From: Botryllus schlosseri
Lineage: Eukaryota
DNA length: 64,000 bases
NCBI GenBank assembly: GCA_051294905.1
Contig: CM119378.1
Location: 4,032,001-4,096,000, forward strand
Direction: 5' to 3'
Numbering within the stretch: the stretch's first letter is position 1; each line of letters opens with the position of its first letter. A program made the position numbers and the translations under genes. This document shows, piece after piece, positions 26,031 to 36,592 of this stretch. The notes beneath the pieces were generated by a model, which saw only the letters and a list, made by a program, of their open reading frames with translations, searched no databases and was not told the origin of the DNA.

Positions 26031-29000
26031 CGTACTTTCAGGTATCTCTCGCGCGGTGTTGAATATGTACGAGTCGCCAACAATAACCGCACAAACGGAA
26101 ACGTGGCTTGTTGTGAGGATTTACGCAGTGCGTGCGACAGACGGCGATTCGAATATCAACAATAGTCGCGTTCGCAAACTAACACTTCAAAAAGATGTGA
26201 AATATTTGTAAAATCCTACGATCGCTCACAAGATACCACTTCCGGCAAATCGATCTATCACTCAATACACAACCGAAGTTGAATTGTAATTGAATGCGTA
26301 AATTTATCACCTCGACATCAAAATTCGAAAACAACAACTTGACGCTTTATGTTCTCACTCTAATTTCATGATAAGTGTAATAAGTGCCGAATAACAGATA
26401 CATCACCGGCGAGACTTGAATACCAACAAATTGTCACTTATTTCTATTCTAGCCGTAATCCTTTGTGAAGTTAACGCTTATTCAAAAAGGTGTGAAATAG
26501 TTTGCAAAACCCCGCGATCACTGACGAGATAATGTCTCGGACATACCCATCTTTCACGACTTGGTGTCATAGCCATACCGATCGCTCACGCGGTGAAATT
26601 TTAGTAATCAGTTTGTCACAGAACTAGATTTCACTGGTAAGATTTAATAAATACCGACTATCAGAACCATCAGTGTGGGTAACTTGAATAGCAACAAATT
26701 GTCACTTATTTCCGACGAGAAATTCACTAAACCGCAGTACATTGTGTGATTTTGAAAACAGATGTTTGCGCTTGCGTTTTGATATGTGCGACCCACTAAC
26801 TACATCCGTTTTGCGAACACGGCTTGTTGTGAGGATTACGCGCGCGCCCTATATTTCGAATGACCTGTGCGCTGAAGTGCGAAATAGTTTGCTAAATCTA
26901 GTAATCAGTCGCAAGGTGTTACTTTAGTAATTAGTTTACCATAGAACCGGCGTAGCCGGTGATTCGAATACCGACAAATTTTCACTTATTTCTGACCCAA
27001 CCCTAATCCTCTGTGAAGTTGACGCTTATTCAAAAAGGTGTGAAATAATTGTAAAATCCTAATCCGAAACCGATTATTTTGACTTTGGCGTAGTGTGCAT
27101 TGAGATAGGATTGACAAACATGACTAGCAACTTCCCCACAGTCCCGTTTCGATATTATACACACATTGATTTGAAACAAGTAATGTAACATTACAACTCT
27201 ATTCCCGATCCAGCTTTCCGTTTGTCAAAGAGACATTTTAACATCTTACCATACTCAAAAGAATTATTCACAACATTAACAAGTGTTTAAAATCTAGTTT
27301 TCACTTACTTGGCTATATCAGTACAACTCGCAAACTTGAATTAATTCATCTGGTTGTATTCATAGGACCGATAATTTTTATCCAACTGTAAAGGTCGTTA
27401 TACTATTCTGTAAGACAGAGTATTTACTAATCGGTGCATATACGATTTGACTTGGGCATATTATATTTTGAGTATACGAGATTTGAGTGTCAGAACAATA
27501 ACTGAGAATTAAATTATCACAATTGAATCCATATACGACAGCGTAAAAGATATTGGGATGTCAGCATCTCTTTACGGTTATAGTTACAACCACATTACCT
27601 AATTTACCCGACCAACTCGTCATGATCATTCCCGAAATCAACACAAACATGACTACTGACTTGAGTCAACCACAAAACAGCATCAAGTTTTAAATCCACT
27701 TGTAGCTTACGGCTTATTTGAATGCGGGTTATGTTTTGTTGTAATTGAGTGTACGGAAATAGTATTACGTCTCGACATCTCACCATCTTACCATACTCAA
27801 AGAGTCAACCACGAAAACATTGTCAAGTAAATCCGTTACCCAACCAACTCAAACAGTATCAGTATGAAAAACAGCCAAACATACACGAATCCATACAATC
27901 ACTAAAACCTAAAATCCATAACAAGCTTGGTTGTATTCATATCCCTACACATCTTTTTTTATTCAGCTTGAAAAGTCGTTACTATTCTGTAAGATAGAGG
28001 AATTACTACGCGGTATATTCTGCAAGACAAACTAATTACTACCCGGTATATTTTGTAAGACAAAAGTAATTACTTCTCAGTATCGGCGACTTGAGATTAA
28101 CATAATATGTTTGAGTATACGAGATTTGAAAGTCCGACCAACGTAGTTGAGAATTCATTTCTTACAATCGAACAATGGTGTTATATTCAAAGTTATCATG
28201 CTGTGAACATAAGATTGACACATTGATTTGACATATGAGATTTGTAATAGTTGATCATTACTTTATTATTAAATTATTTGCGTTAATTAGACCCGGCGTT
28301 ATGGTAAATGTTATGACAGCAACAAACTTTTCAGTACCAATGTTATTAACACATTAAGCTGTAAAACTATGTAAGTCTGAAATGTTCTTGATAGGAAAAT
28401 TACTCCACCTTGGTAAAAATCACTCTGCGTATTGCGGATATCAGAAAATATTTCCAGTACCCAAGACTAAAGATGAAACGACAATTTCGTTTGCTGATTA
28501 ACAACCGGTACAATACTTTATCATCATAATCCGCGGTGAGAATTGAAACACTTTCGCGCATTACCCGGTGTCAAGATATCACACTAGGTGAATTGACATA
28601 CCGCCGCTTGAATAATACCTAATCCGTTCGCACCATTTCACATACTTTGATCATTACAAAAGTAAATTGTGATATGTTTGTTAGATGCATTCAATTCAAC
28701 TAGAAGTGTCTGGTACACAACAATCGTAATATCGAAAAAGTACTTGCCACACTGTTATTTGCTAAACGTGTTTTGCATTGTTGTTCATTTGTAGTATTGA
28801 TTGTTTTTGAACCCCCAAATCATAATTCCCGACATGAAACCAAGCCGCTGAAAGTCGTTACCATCACGAAGATACAATGTGCACGATGTTTGTCAAATGT
28901 GTCCTACCTGGCCAACAGAAAACAATTTTCACTCACTCGAAATGAAACCAATGTGATGGTCTCCATTCGATATTTTGTTTGTGTCAAATATACTTTGCAA

Positions 29001-30559
29001 TGAACACATTTGCGTGGTTGAGCTTTGCCATCATCAAGCTGGCATTTGTATCGTTTAATTAACCGACATTTAGCGATTGGTGAACATACCGAACGATACA
29101 CAGTCACTTCGAAATACTCCGTTGATCGTAATTTCCATCATCATAATAATCGAAGTACAATTGCTTCGAATCGCTAGAGTGGTTGAGCTTTACATCATCA
29201 GACTGCCATCTGTACATCAAGAATACATCCGCCTTGTAACTGGGTCGTTTACCTAACCGAGTTGTATGCACAGTTTGATATTTAGCGATTGCAGAACATA
29301 CCATTTCGAAATACTGCGTTGATCTCAATTCCTTTGTCGTGATAATCGAAGTATATTTGTTTCGATTTCATAAAAACCAACTTTTCTATGACATGATAAA
29401 TTTTTGAAAAGTTATACTTAGAAGGTTGGTGCATATCACGAAAAATAATATACCACCCATATTGATATTGCTACTCCATTGATCGGTATTTTCACGCGAG
29501 TCGATTTTCAAATGAGTAAAATTTATTACATGAGTTTCTCCGCTTAATGTAAATGAAAACTCAGTCGTCTTTTAACATCACAAAGACATTGATAAAAAGT
29601 AAGCAATCAAACACAACACTAAGTACGACACTAGTTATTGTTCCACACATCTCATTTCATACTAAGTGTATACGAAAGATATTCATGATGCACGAAAATA
29701 TTCGCTCATGCTACAAACCTATAGAATGATTGGTGGTGCAAGGCCAGCACAATTGTGGTATCCATCCGAGTTTAGTTAACACAAATTTATTACAACAGAG
29801 CCACGTAAACTTTCGTGAAAGAAAAGCATACTCACTTTCAGAGGGTTATGTCAATGCCATAGCAGTAAATCAAAAATATTCCTAACCCTTTGCACACCGG
29901 TGACAAATCATACAACAAACATTTTTTGTGAGTCGAATTGTTGTTCAGTGTCAAGTCTACCTGTTGAAAAGTGCATTAAAACAACACAGTCACAATTCAA
30001 TTAAAACCACGAATTTATTTTCATTTCGTCACATACAGAAAAATAAATTTTCTTTCCCCAACACATACTTGTAACCAATCGCTTTCATTAAACACACAAC
30101 TCCATAAAAGTATTTACTTTCTACAACATAGACATTCCGATGTAGTCAAGAAATATTAAAACGGACACGACACGACTGAATGTAAGGGGATAGAAGTCTA
30201 TCGCATCGATTTACATGTGGTCTTCGCTACGGTTTCAAAAAACGAATCATCTATTTTGCATTGGTCGAGACCGAGCGAGCCAGTTACATGTATTCGCGGT
30301 AATGATTTTTCTTGTCATATGCGAATGATAGGTTTGCTACTCCGACAAATCAAATCAACAAACAACAACAATCTTCTGACGATCATAATAGCAATTTCAT
30401 TTGCCACCCCTTCGTAATTGTACACGCACGAAAAGTATATTGTACAACTCGGCAACTACGTTTAACAAGACCAATCACACTACCAGCGTTGAACGCAAGA
30501 TACCTACCCAAGTCAAAAATATCATACGGGTTTGGACAACTGACGTTTACCTGTGTAAA

Positions 30560-31120
30560 ATTATCATTTTCACTTGGCGATCTATCCTTTCCTAGAGTAA
30601 CAAACCCTTGTCGTTTACAAATCTATTTTTTTTTCCTACAACAAAAAACTATTTTCACTTGGAAAAATACTTTTACCTAGAGTAACTAATCATTGTCTTT
30701 TAAAAATATATTTTCTCCCTGGGTAACAAACCCTTTTCGTTTGGAAAACTATCATTTACCTGAGTACCAATACCGTTTTCACTTGGCAGTCCGTCGTTTA
30801 CCTGGCTAAACATATCATTTTCACTTGGAAATCTATTTTTTCCCAGAGTAAGAAACCTTTTTCACTTTGAAATCTATTTTTTCCCTGGGTAACAAACCTT
30901 TTTCACTTGGAAATATATTTTTCCCCAGGTAACAAACCTTTTTCGCTTGGAAATATATTTTTCCCTGGGTTACAAACCTTTTTCACTTGGTGGTCCGTTA
31001 TTTACCTGGATAAAAATATCATTTTCCTTTGGGGGATCTGGCGTTTACCCAGTGTAACAATACATTTTCTCTTGGTCATCTAGCTTTTCCTAGAGTAACA
31101 AAACCATTTTCATTTTGAAA
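30560..31120 (+). repeat. AT-rich ~40-bp tandem repeat array inside the arm (mirror at ~37332-37892)
   Basis: The unit AACAAACCTTTTTCACTTGGAAATATATTTTTCCCYRGGT is clearest at 30891-30990, with degenerate copies on both sides. Confidence 0.85.
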
Positions 31121-32681
31121 TCTGACAAACACACCTGACAATTTGATATTTTTGTATATTGTTACAACGGATAGCGACAAAATATACACCAACAACAACT
31201 CCAATACATTTGTGTAATCGCATATTCACTTGTGCTGATGCAGCCCATCAATATCATCGGTTACCCGCATGCAATATCCTCTTGTACACCGAAATGCATG
31301 TTTTGGAAAATTGGACAATAGGCTTCGATAGTTCTGTGATGTCCGGGTTCGTGCTTTGGATTTTCCAGAGTCAAAATGTCTGAATAAAACACCTCCTCGA
31401 CGATGGTTGGTATGTGGATAACGGGGTTCGGAAGACGGTTGGATTTATGTCACCCATCGCGATAACAATTCCAGGTCGAGTTTTCCCCCCCGCATGTTTA
31501 CTATATTGTGTCTTTATTGGTCAATGTATGTCTCGACATTCAGATTGAAATCGGAAACCCTGATAAAGTATGTAACCGGATCCGGATATCAACTCTGAAT
31601 CGATAAACCAATGAACAATATTCAAAGTAAACATGTTACATTCCACGAAAAAATACCATCCAGACATACGTCGCGCTTGTTTGCCCACAACAGTATACGC
31701 GTAAATGGAGGTGTGTGACATTGCATGCAATGTGTTGGTATACAAACATCGGGGAGTAAGCCTTCGATCCACAGACATTATCATAGCCGGTAATTTTGAT
31801 GCAGATCGAATGTCACCCGATAACAATACCAATAAGCCATATTGCAATGACTCTGAGTCAATCTGAAGCGTGACATACAGACACACAAACACCGAACCGT
31901 AACATGGGTTATTCGCACGACGGTGAAAGTGAACTATACAGCATATACCAATAGAGCGTTCACAGTCAAATATGCGAACCATGCACAATCATATACCCAG
32001 ATTTTTGTTGGATACGTACGAAACCAATAAATCGATACATTTCTGTTCCTTCTACATCAATAATACAAGCGTCATTCCAATGCATCGCTCGAATGTGAGG
32101 TTCGTCGGGTGTAAAATCCATGTCAAATAACACCAAAGTGTGCTTTCCGTGTTTTATTATTTCCACCGACGCTTCTTGTCTGTGTCGTAACACTATGGTG
32201 CGGGGAGTTGAAAAACGGTGGATTGTGAAACGGATTGACATGACCAACTGAATCGACGTCAATAGACTTGTGACGATGTCGTTTCAAAATGCTCCGATAT
32301 GACGAGACCAACCCCGATCTCTTGTGGTGACGACCGTTTCGAAATGTCACCGGACGAGCTAGACCCTTACGAAAGTGTGTTTTATGATTGCGTGTGAAAT
32401 CACGAGGTAGTGTTCTATTGTGGTGTACGATTGCAGTCTTCATTCCACAGAAACATACCTTATTGGATCACAATATCAGTCCGACATTTGCACGATATTT
32501 ATCCGGAGTCGTTATGTGGGAGTAGCGACATCCATTGATCGTGACTGAAAGACTGATTGCAATCATTTCGAGCACCGTACTTCGATAGTTCACCTAGATC
32601 AAACGCTGTAGTCTCAGCAGAAAACTTCGGTGTCGACAACACGATGGATATTGACCGATGTATCCAATTGATCTGGGTGGT

Positions 32682-35600
32682 GAAGGAAGTGGAAGTGAGT
32701 TCGAGGCGTCGTGGTGAGCGGACGCGTTTTCAGCGCTCCCGTGATGTAGCTATGATAACTGTCGAAAATCCAGGATTCTAGAAGACAAGAAGTCGATTTA
32801 TCTAGTTAGATAGACAGAATTTTCACCAACCAAATTGATACACCAACGATACAGCAAGAAAATCGGTTGAAGACGCAAAAAGTTTGATGAACTGGATATA
32901 TCATTTGGAAATAGGATATCAAGACTGAACAGAACTGTGGTTGCTACATCGGGAAATTTGCCATTGGCTGCAATACTTCACCAACCGTCAGACAATCAAT
33001 ACCGATTTGGACCCAGCTTCGCCAACCGTTGGACAAAATACATAGCAATTTTGAACCGAAACTCTACTTGATATTATTCATCCAAAGGTTTGGTGCTAAT
33101 ATATTTCGATATATGCTACTGTAAAATCGCTATTTGTAGCGCTATATTGTAGCGCTCTTCGCCCACATAATTGGATTAGGCCAGTGTGGCGTGACGCGAA
33201 TCGAATCTGCGCGAACGCATAAGTATCTCCATTCACTGACAAGCTAACATGGAAATTTGGGTCAACTCGGAATCATGACGAATAAGAATAGTTTCCCACT
33301 GATCAGAAAGTGTGACTCAATATCGATCAACGAGACGGCATCAATTCTGCAAGCCCCGAAGGGTAAACAAATTAGTTTGATTCATACAAATATCAGAGGA
33401 TTGCAATCTAATTCCCACCATGATGAGTTAAAAGACCTTATCGTTGACCTGAAGTCACCTACCCTCGTAGCAATTTCAGAAATAAACTTTTCAACCAAAC
33501 CCACGCAAAACGTTGATATATCGGGCTACAACTTCGAGTATACTCCGGCACCGAAGTCAAAGAAATCTTACGGAGGTGTTGGTCTTTACATTGAAGAGAA
33601 AATTCCTTACGAAATTTGCACGGACTACGATCTGAATGTCAAAGATTGCGAAGAGCTATGGCTGGAAGTTGATCACCCAATTGGAATTCACAAATCTTTT
33701 CTTGTGGCCGTATTATACCGTCATCCCACGAAAAACATGAACCAATTCGCAAAAGCGTTGGAGCGCTCACTGGACAAAGTCAACAGCGACAAAAAGATGT
33801 GTTTCATTGCGGGAGATATTAACATAAACCTTCTAAAACACAAAGGCAACGCATACTCCAACGCAGTCAAATCCGCCGGTCTCTACCAAATGATCACCGA
33901 GCCTACACGCATAACCGAAAAGTCAAGAACTTTGATCGACCACATATATACCAACTCGCGCGACATGGAAATCATTCCATTTGTCATTTCGGCAAAAATC
34001 AGTGACCACAACCATATTGGTTTTCTATCACAAGAACAACAAAGGACACCCCCCGAAACATATCACCTCTGCAGACGACGAGAGTTAGTGGACGAAGAAG
34101 CGCTCGATGATGCTGCATTCAATCAATTTAAAACATCAGCCATCCCCCACATCTCCGTAAACAACTTTGACGAAAAATTTGTAGAGTTTATGTCTGCTAT
34201 CAAATCACTGCTGGAACAATTTGCACCTCTACAGCGCCTTTCGAGAAGTCAAAGAAAATTGAAGCGAAATCCGTGGATGACCACAAAGCTGATTCAACTT
34301 ATCCGTAAACGTAACCGGTGGCATAACCGAATAGACACCAAGAACTGCCCAGAACATGAACGAGAAAGATTTCGACGTTTCAGGAATCGCACCGTGCATC
34401 TCATTTCCAAGGCAAAAGCAAAGTACAATGAGAGATTTTTCAACAGACACATAAAGGACACTCGAAAAACATGGTCAGGACTTAACTCTCTCCTACATCG
34501 AAAACAAGGCCATAAGTCTGTTTCGGAAATTGTGAATTCGGATACCGGAAACAAACTTTCAGACCCGGCGGCCATCGCGAATCACTTCAATGAATATTTT
34601 TGTAACGTAGGCCCAAATATTGCTTCTTCTATTACAAAACCTGTGTCGGCCAGGTCAGAGGTGAGATCGATATCCCAGTCAATTGTGCTTGAACCTACGA
34701 CCAAATACGAAGTAGAAGTAGCCATCCACAAACTGAAATCGCACAAGGCCGACGGCTATGACCAAATCCCATCATGGTTTTTAAAAATGATAAGCCTGCA
34801 TATCGGTCAATATATGGCCCATTTTTTCAACTTCATGATAGAAAATGGAGTCTACCCAAGCTATCTAAAAAAAGCCAGAGTAGTCCCTGTACACAAAGCT
34901 GGGGATAGAACTAATGTCACCAACTACCGTCCGATATCCGTTCTCCCATGCATCGGGATTGTATTCGAAAAGTTGCTCCTCTCCCGCCTGTCCTCATTCC
35001 TCGCCAAAATGTCTGTCATTTCCCCTCAACAATTTGGCTTCCGAAACAAACACCAAACCGCTCATGCCCTCCTAACAGTGGCCGAACAGTACTATGATAT
35101 CTCAGAGAAGCGAAATGTGGGATGTAGCATTTTTCTCGACCTAAAAAAAGCGTTTGACTGCGTAGATCATAAAATTCTCATCTCGAAATTGGCGCGTTAC
35201 GGACTTCGGGGCCCACAACTTGAGCTCATGAAAAGTTACCTCACTGGACGCCAACAAATGGTTGCGATCTCAGACACCTTGTCCTCTCCTCACCCGGTGA
35301 CCTGTGGTGTGCCCCAGGGCTCAGTACTTGGACCGGTCCTTTTCACCTTATATGTCAACGACATTTTTGAAACCTCCTCACTGAACACCACACTGTTCGC
35401 TGATGATACTCACCTCCTCTCTTCCGCATCTTCGACGGCAGAGCTGGATGCCCTGACTGGTGACCAAATGCCCAAAGTCCATGAGTGGACGGCCCAGAAC
35501 AACCTTTGCATAAACGCCTCGAAATCGCAATTGCTGACAGTAAATTCAAAAAATAACCTAACCGTTAATATCGCTGGTCAGCCCGTTTCCAACACAGATA

Positions 35601-36488
35601 ATGCCAAATATCTCGGAGTTTTACTGGACTCGAACATGTCCTGGAAGAGTCATATTCAGTCCCTAGAAACTAAATTATCACCGAAGTGCGGCCTGTTCTA
35701 CAGCCTTGGGCGCTTCATGCCAGCATGGGTTCTTCTGATACTCTTTAAATCCTTAATCCAATCGAAGTTACATTATGGCATCCTCTGTTGGGGGGCTGCC
35801 AGTAAAACTGCACTCAAGCCACTGCAGAAACTACAGCATAAAGTACTCCGAATCATAGCTAGGGCTCCAAAAGGGCCTGGCTGCCCATCCAATAAGTCGC
35901 TGCTGAAGAGATTTGGCGTCCTAAACATAGAAGATATGCGGAAACTAGAAATCGCCAAGTTTATGTATCAGTTTCACTGCGGTCGTTGCCCCGAATATTT
36001 CAATGACTTCTTTACCTCTGAATCAAAAGCGCACAAGTACAACACACGCGCGTCCACGTCGTCCAAATATCATGTGATCGACCGAAAAGATCATCGCTCC
36101 ATCAAATATGCCGGACCTGATGTGTGGAACAGTATCCCGCCGGCCATCAGACAGTCGACGAGCATGTCCACATTCAAGTCGAAATACAAACAATTACTAC
36201 TAAATAAATACAGTCCATCCTCAAGATTACCGGACCACGACTGACCTATCGATCTCGCTTCCCATGACATGCCGCCCTATTTCTTGTCGCATTCTTTTTC
36301 TATACTATCTTCTTTACTTTCATTCAGTGTGCATGCCTCCTCTTTACATCGCCTAGGCCAAGGTGGGTGTCAGATTCCATAGACTACTCCTTGTCGCTTC
36401 GACATCTTCCTGTCTTTTCATTGTATCGCATTTTTTGTGGTGTATTGAACTGATAAAATTGCTAATAAACCAATGATGATGATGATGA
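32682..36488 (+). mobile_element. Non-LTR retrotransposon (CR1/L2 group LINE), apparently intact, inserted in the spacer of the giant palindrome
   Basis: Intact APE-RT ORF, 3' UTR with AATAAA at ~36464 and a (GAT)n tail to ~36490. The 5' boundary and a possible 4-bp TSD TGGT (32678-81 and 36489-92) are tentative. Confidence 0.85.
33275..36244 (+). CDS. LINE ORF2: apurinic endonuclease plus reverse transcriptase
   Basis: APE motifs (HTNIRGL, ISE, YRHP, GDININL, TLIDHIY, SDH) and RT motifs (YRPISVL, QFGFR, DLKKAFD, GVPQGSVLGP, FADD, KYLGV). First ATG at 33275; the ORF track starts at TTG 33257. Confidence 0.97.
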   Translation: MTNKNSFPLIRKCDSISINETASILQAPKGKQISLIHTNIRGLQSNSHHDELKDLIVDLKSPTLVAISEINFSTKPTQNVDISGYNFEYTPAPKSKKSYGGVGLYIEEKIPYEICTDYDLNVKDCEELWLEVDHPIGIHKSFLVAVLYRHPTKNMNQFAKALERSLDKVNSDKKMCFIAGDININLLKHKGNAYSNAVKSAGLYQMITEPTRITEKSRTLIDHIYTNSRDMEIIPFVISAKISDHNHIGFLSQEQQRTPPETYHLCRRRELVDEEALDDAAFNQFKTSAIPHISVNNFDEKFVEFMSAIKSLLEQFAPLQRLSRSQRKLKRNPWMTTKLIQLIRKRNRWHNRIDTKNCPEHERERFRRFRNRTVHLISKAKAKYNERFFNRHIKDTRKTWSGLNSLLHRKQGHKSVSEIVNSDTGNKLSDPAAIANHFNEYFCNVGPNIASSITKPVSARSEVRSISQSIVLEPTTKYEVEVAIHKLKSHKADGYDQIPSWFLKMISLHIGQYMAHFFNFMIENGVYPSYLKKARVVPVHKAGDRTNVTNYRPISVLPCIGIVFEKLLLSRLSSFLAKMSVISPQQFGFRNKHQTAHALLTVAEQYYDISEKRNVGCSIFLDLKKAFDCVDHKILISKLARYGLRGPQLELMKSYLTGRQQMVAISDTLSSPHPVTCGVPQGSVLGPVLFTLYVNDIFETSSLNTTLFADDTHLLSSASSTAELDALTGDQMPKVHEWTAQNNLCINASKSQLLTVNSKNNLTVNIAGQPVSNTDNAKYLGVLLDSNMSWKSHIQSLETKLSPKCGLFYSLGRFMPAWVLLILFKSLIQSKLHYGILCWGAASKTALKPLQKLQHKVLRIIARAPKGPGCPSNKSLLKRFGVLNIEDMRKLEIAKFMYQFHCGRCPEYFNDFFTSESKAHKYNTRASTSSKYHVIDRKDHRSIKYAGPDVWNSIPPAIRQSTSMSTFKSKYKQLLLNKYSPSSRLPDHD

Positions 36489-36592
36489 TGGTCCGTCTAC
36501 AGATAGGATCATGACTATCTTGTAATGTTACAACACGATAACACCATCGAATAAATCAGTGAACGGTGTCGAAATATCGATGTAATAGCGCG

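Larger units (their letters stand above)
25575..31859 (+). repeat. Left arm of the 6,285-bp inverted repeat
   Basis: Reverse complement of 36593-42877. Mirrored ORF translations are identical apart from two substitutions I found (25787/42665 and 31840/36612). Not exhaustively aligned. Confidence 0.97.

Noticed and set aside
30560..31120. 40-bp repeat array as CRISPR
   Set aside because: Head-to-tail minisatellite with no spacers.
34229..35958. Minus-strand ORFs within the LINE
   Set aside because: Antisense shadows of ORF2 with no recognisable motifs.
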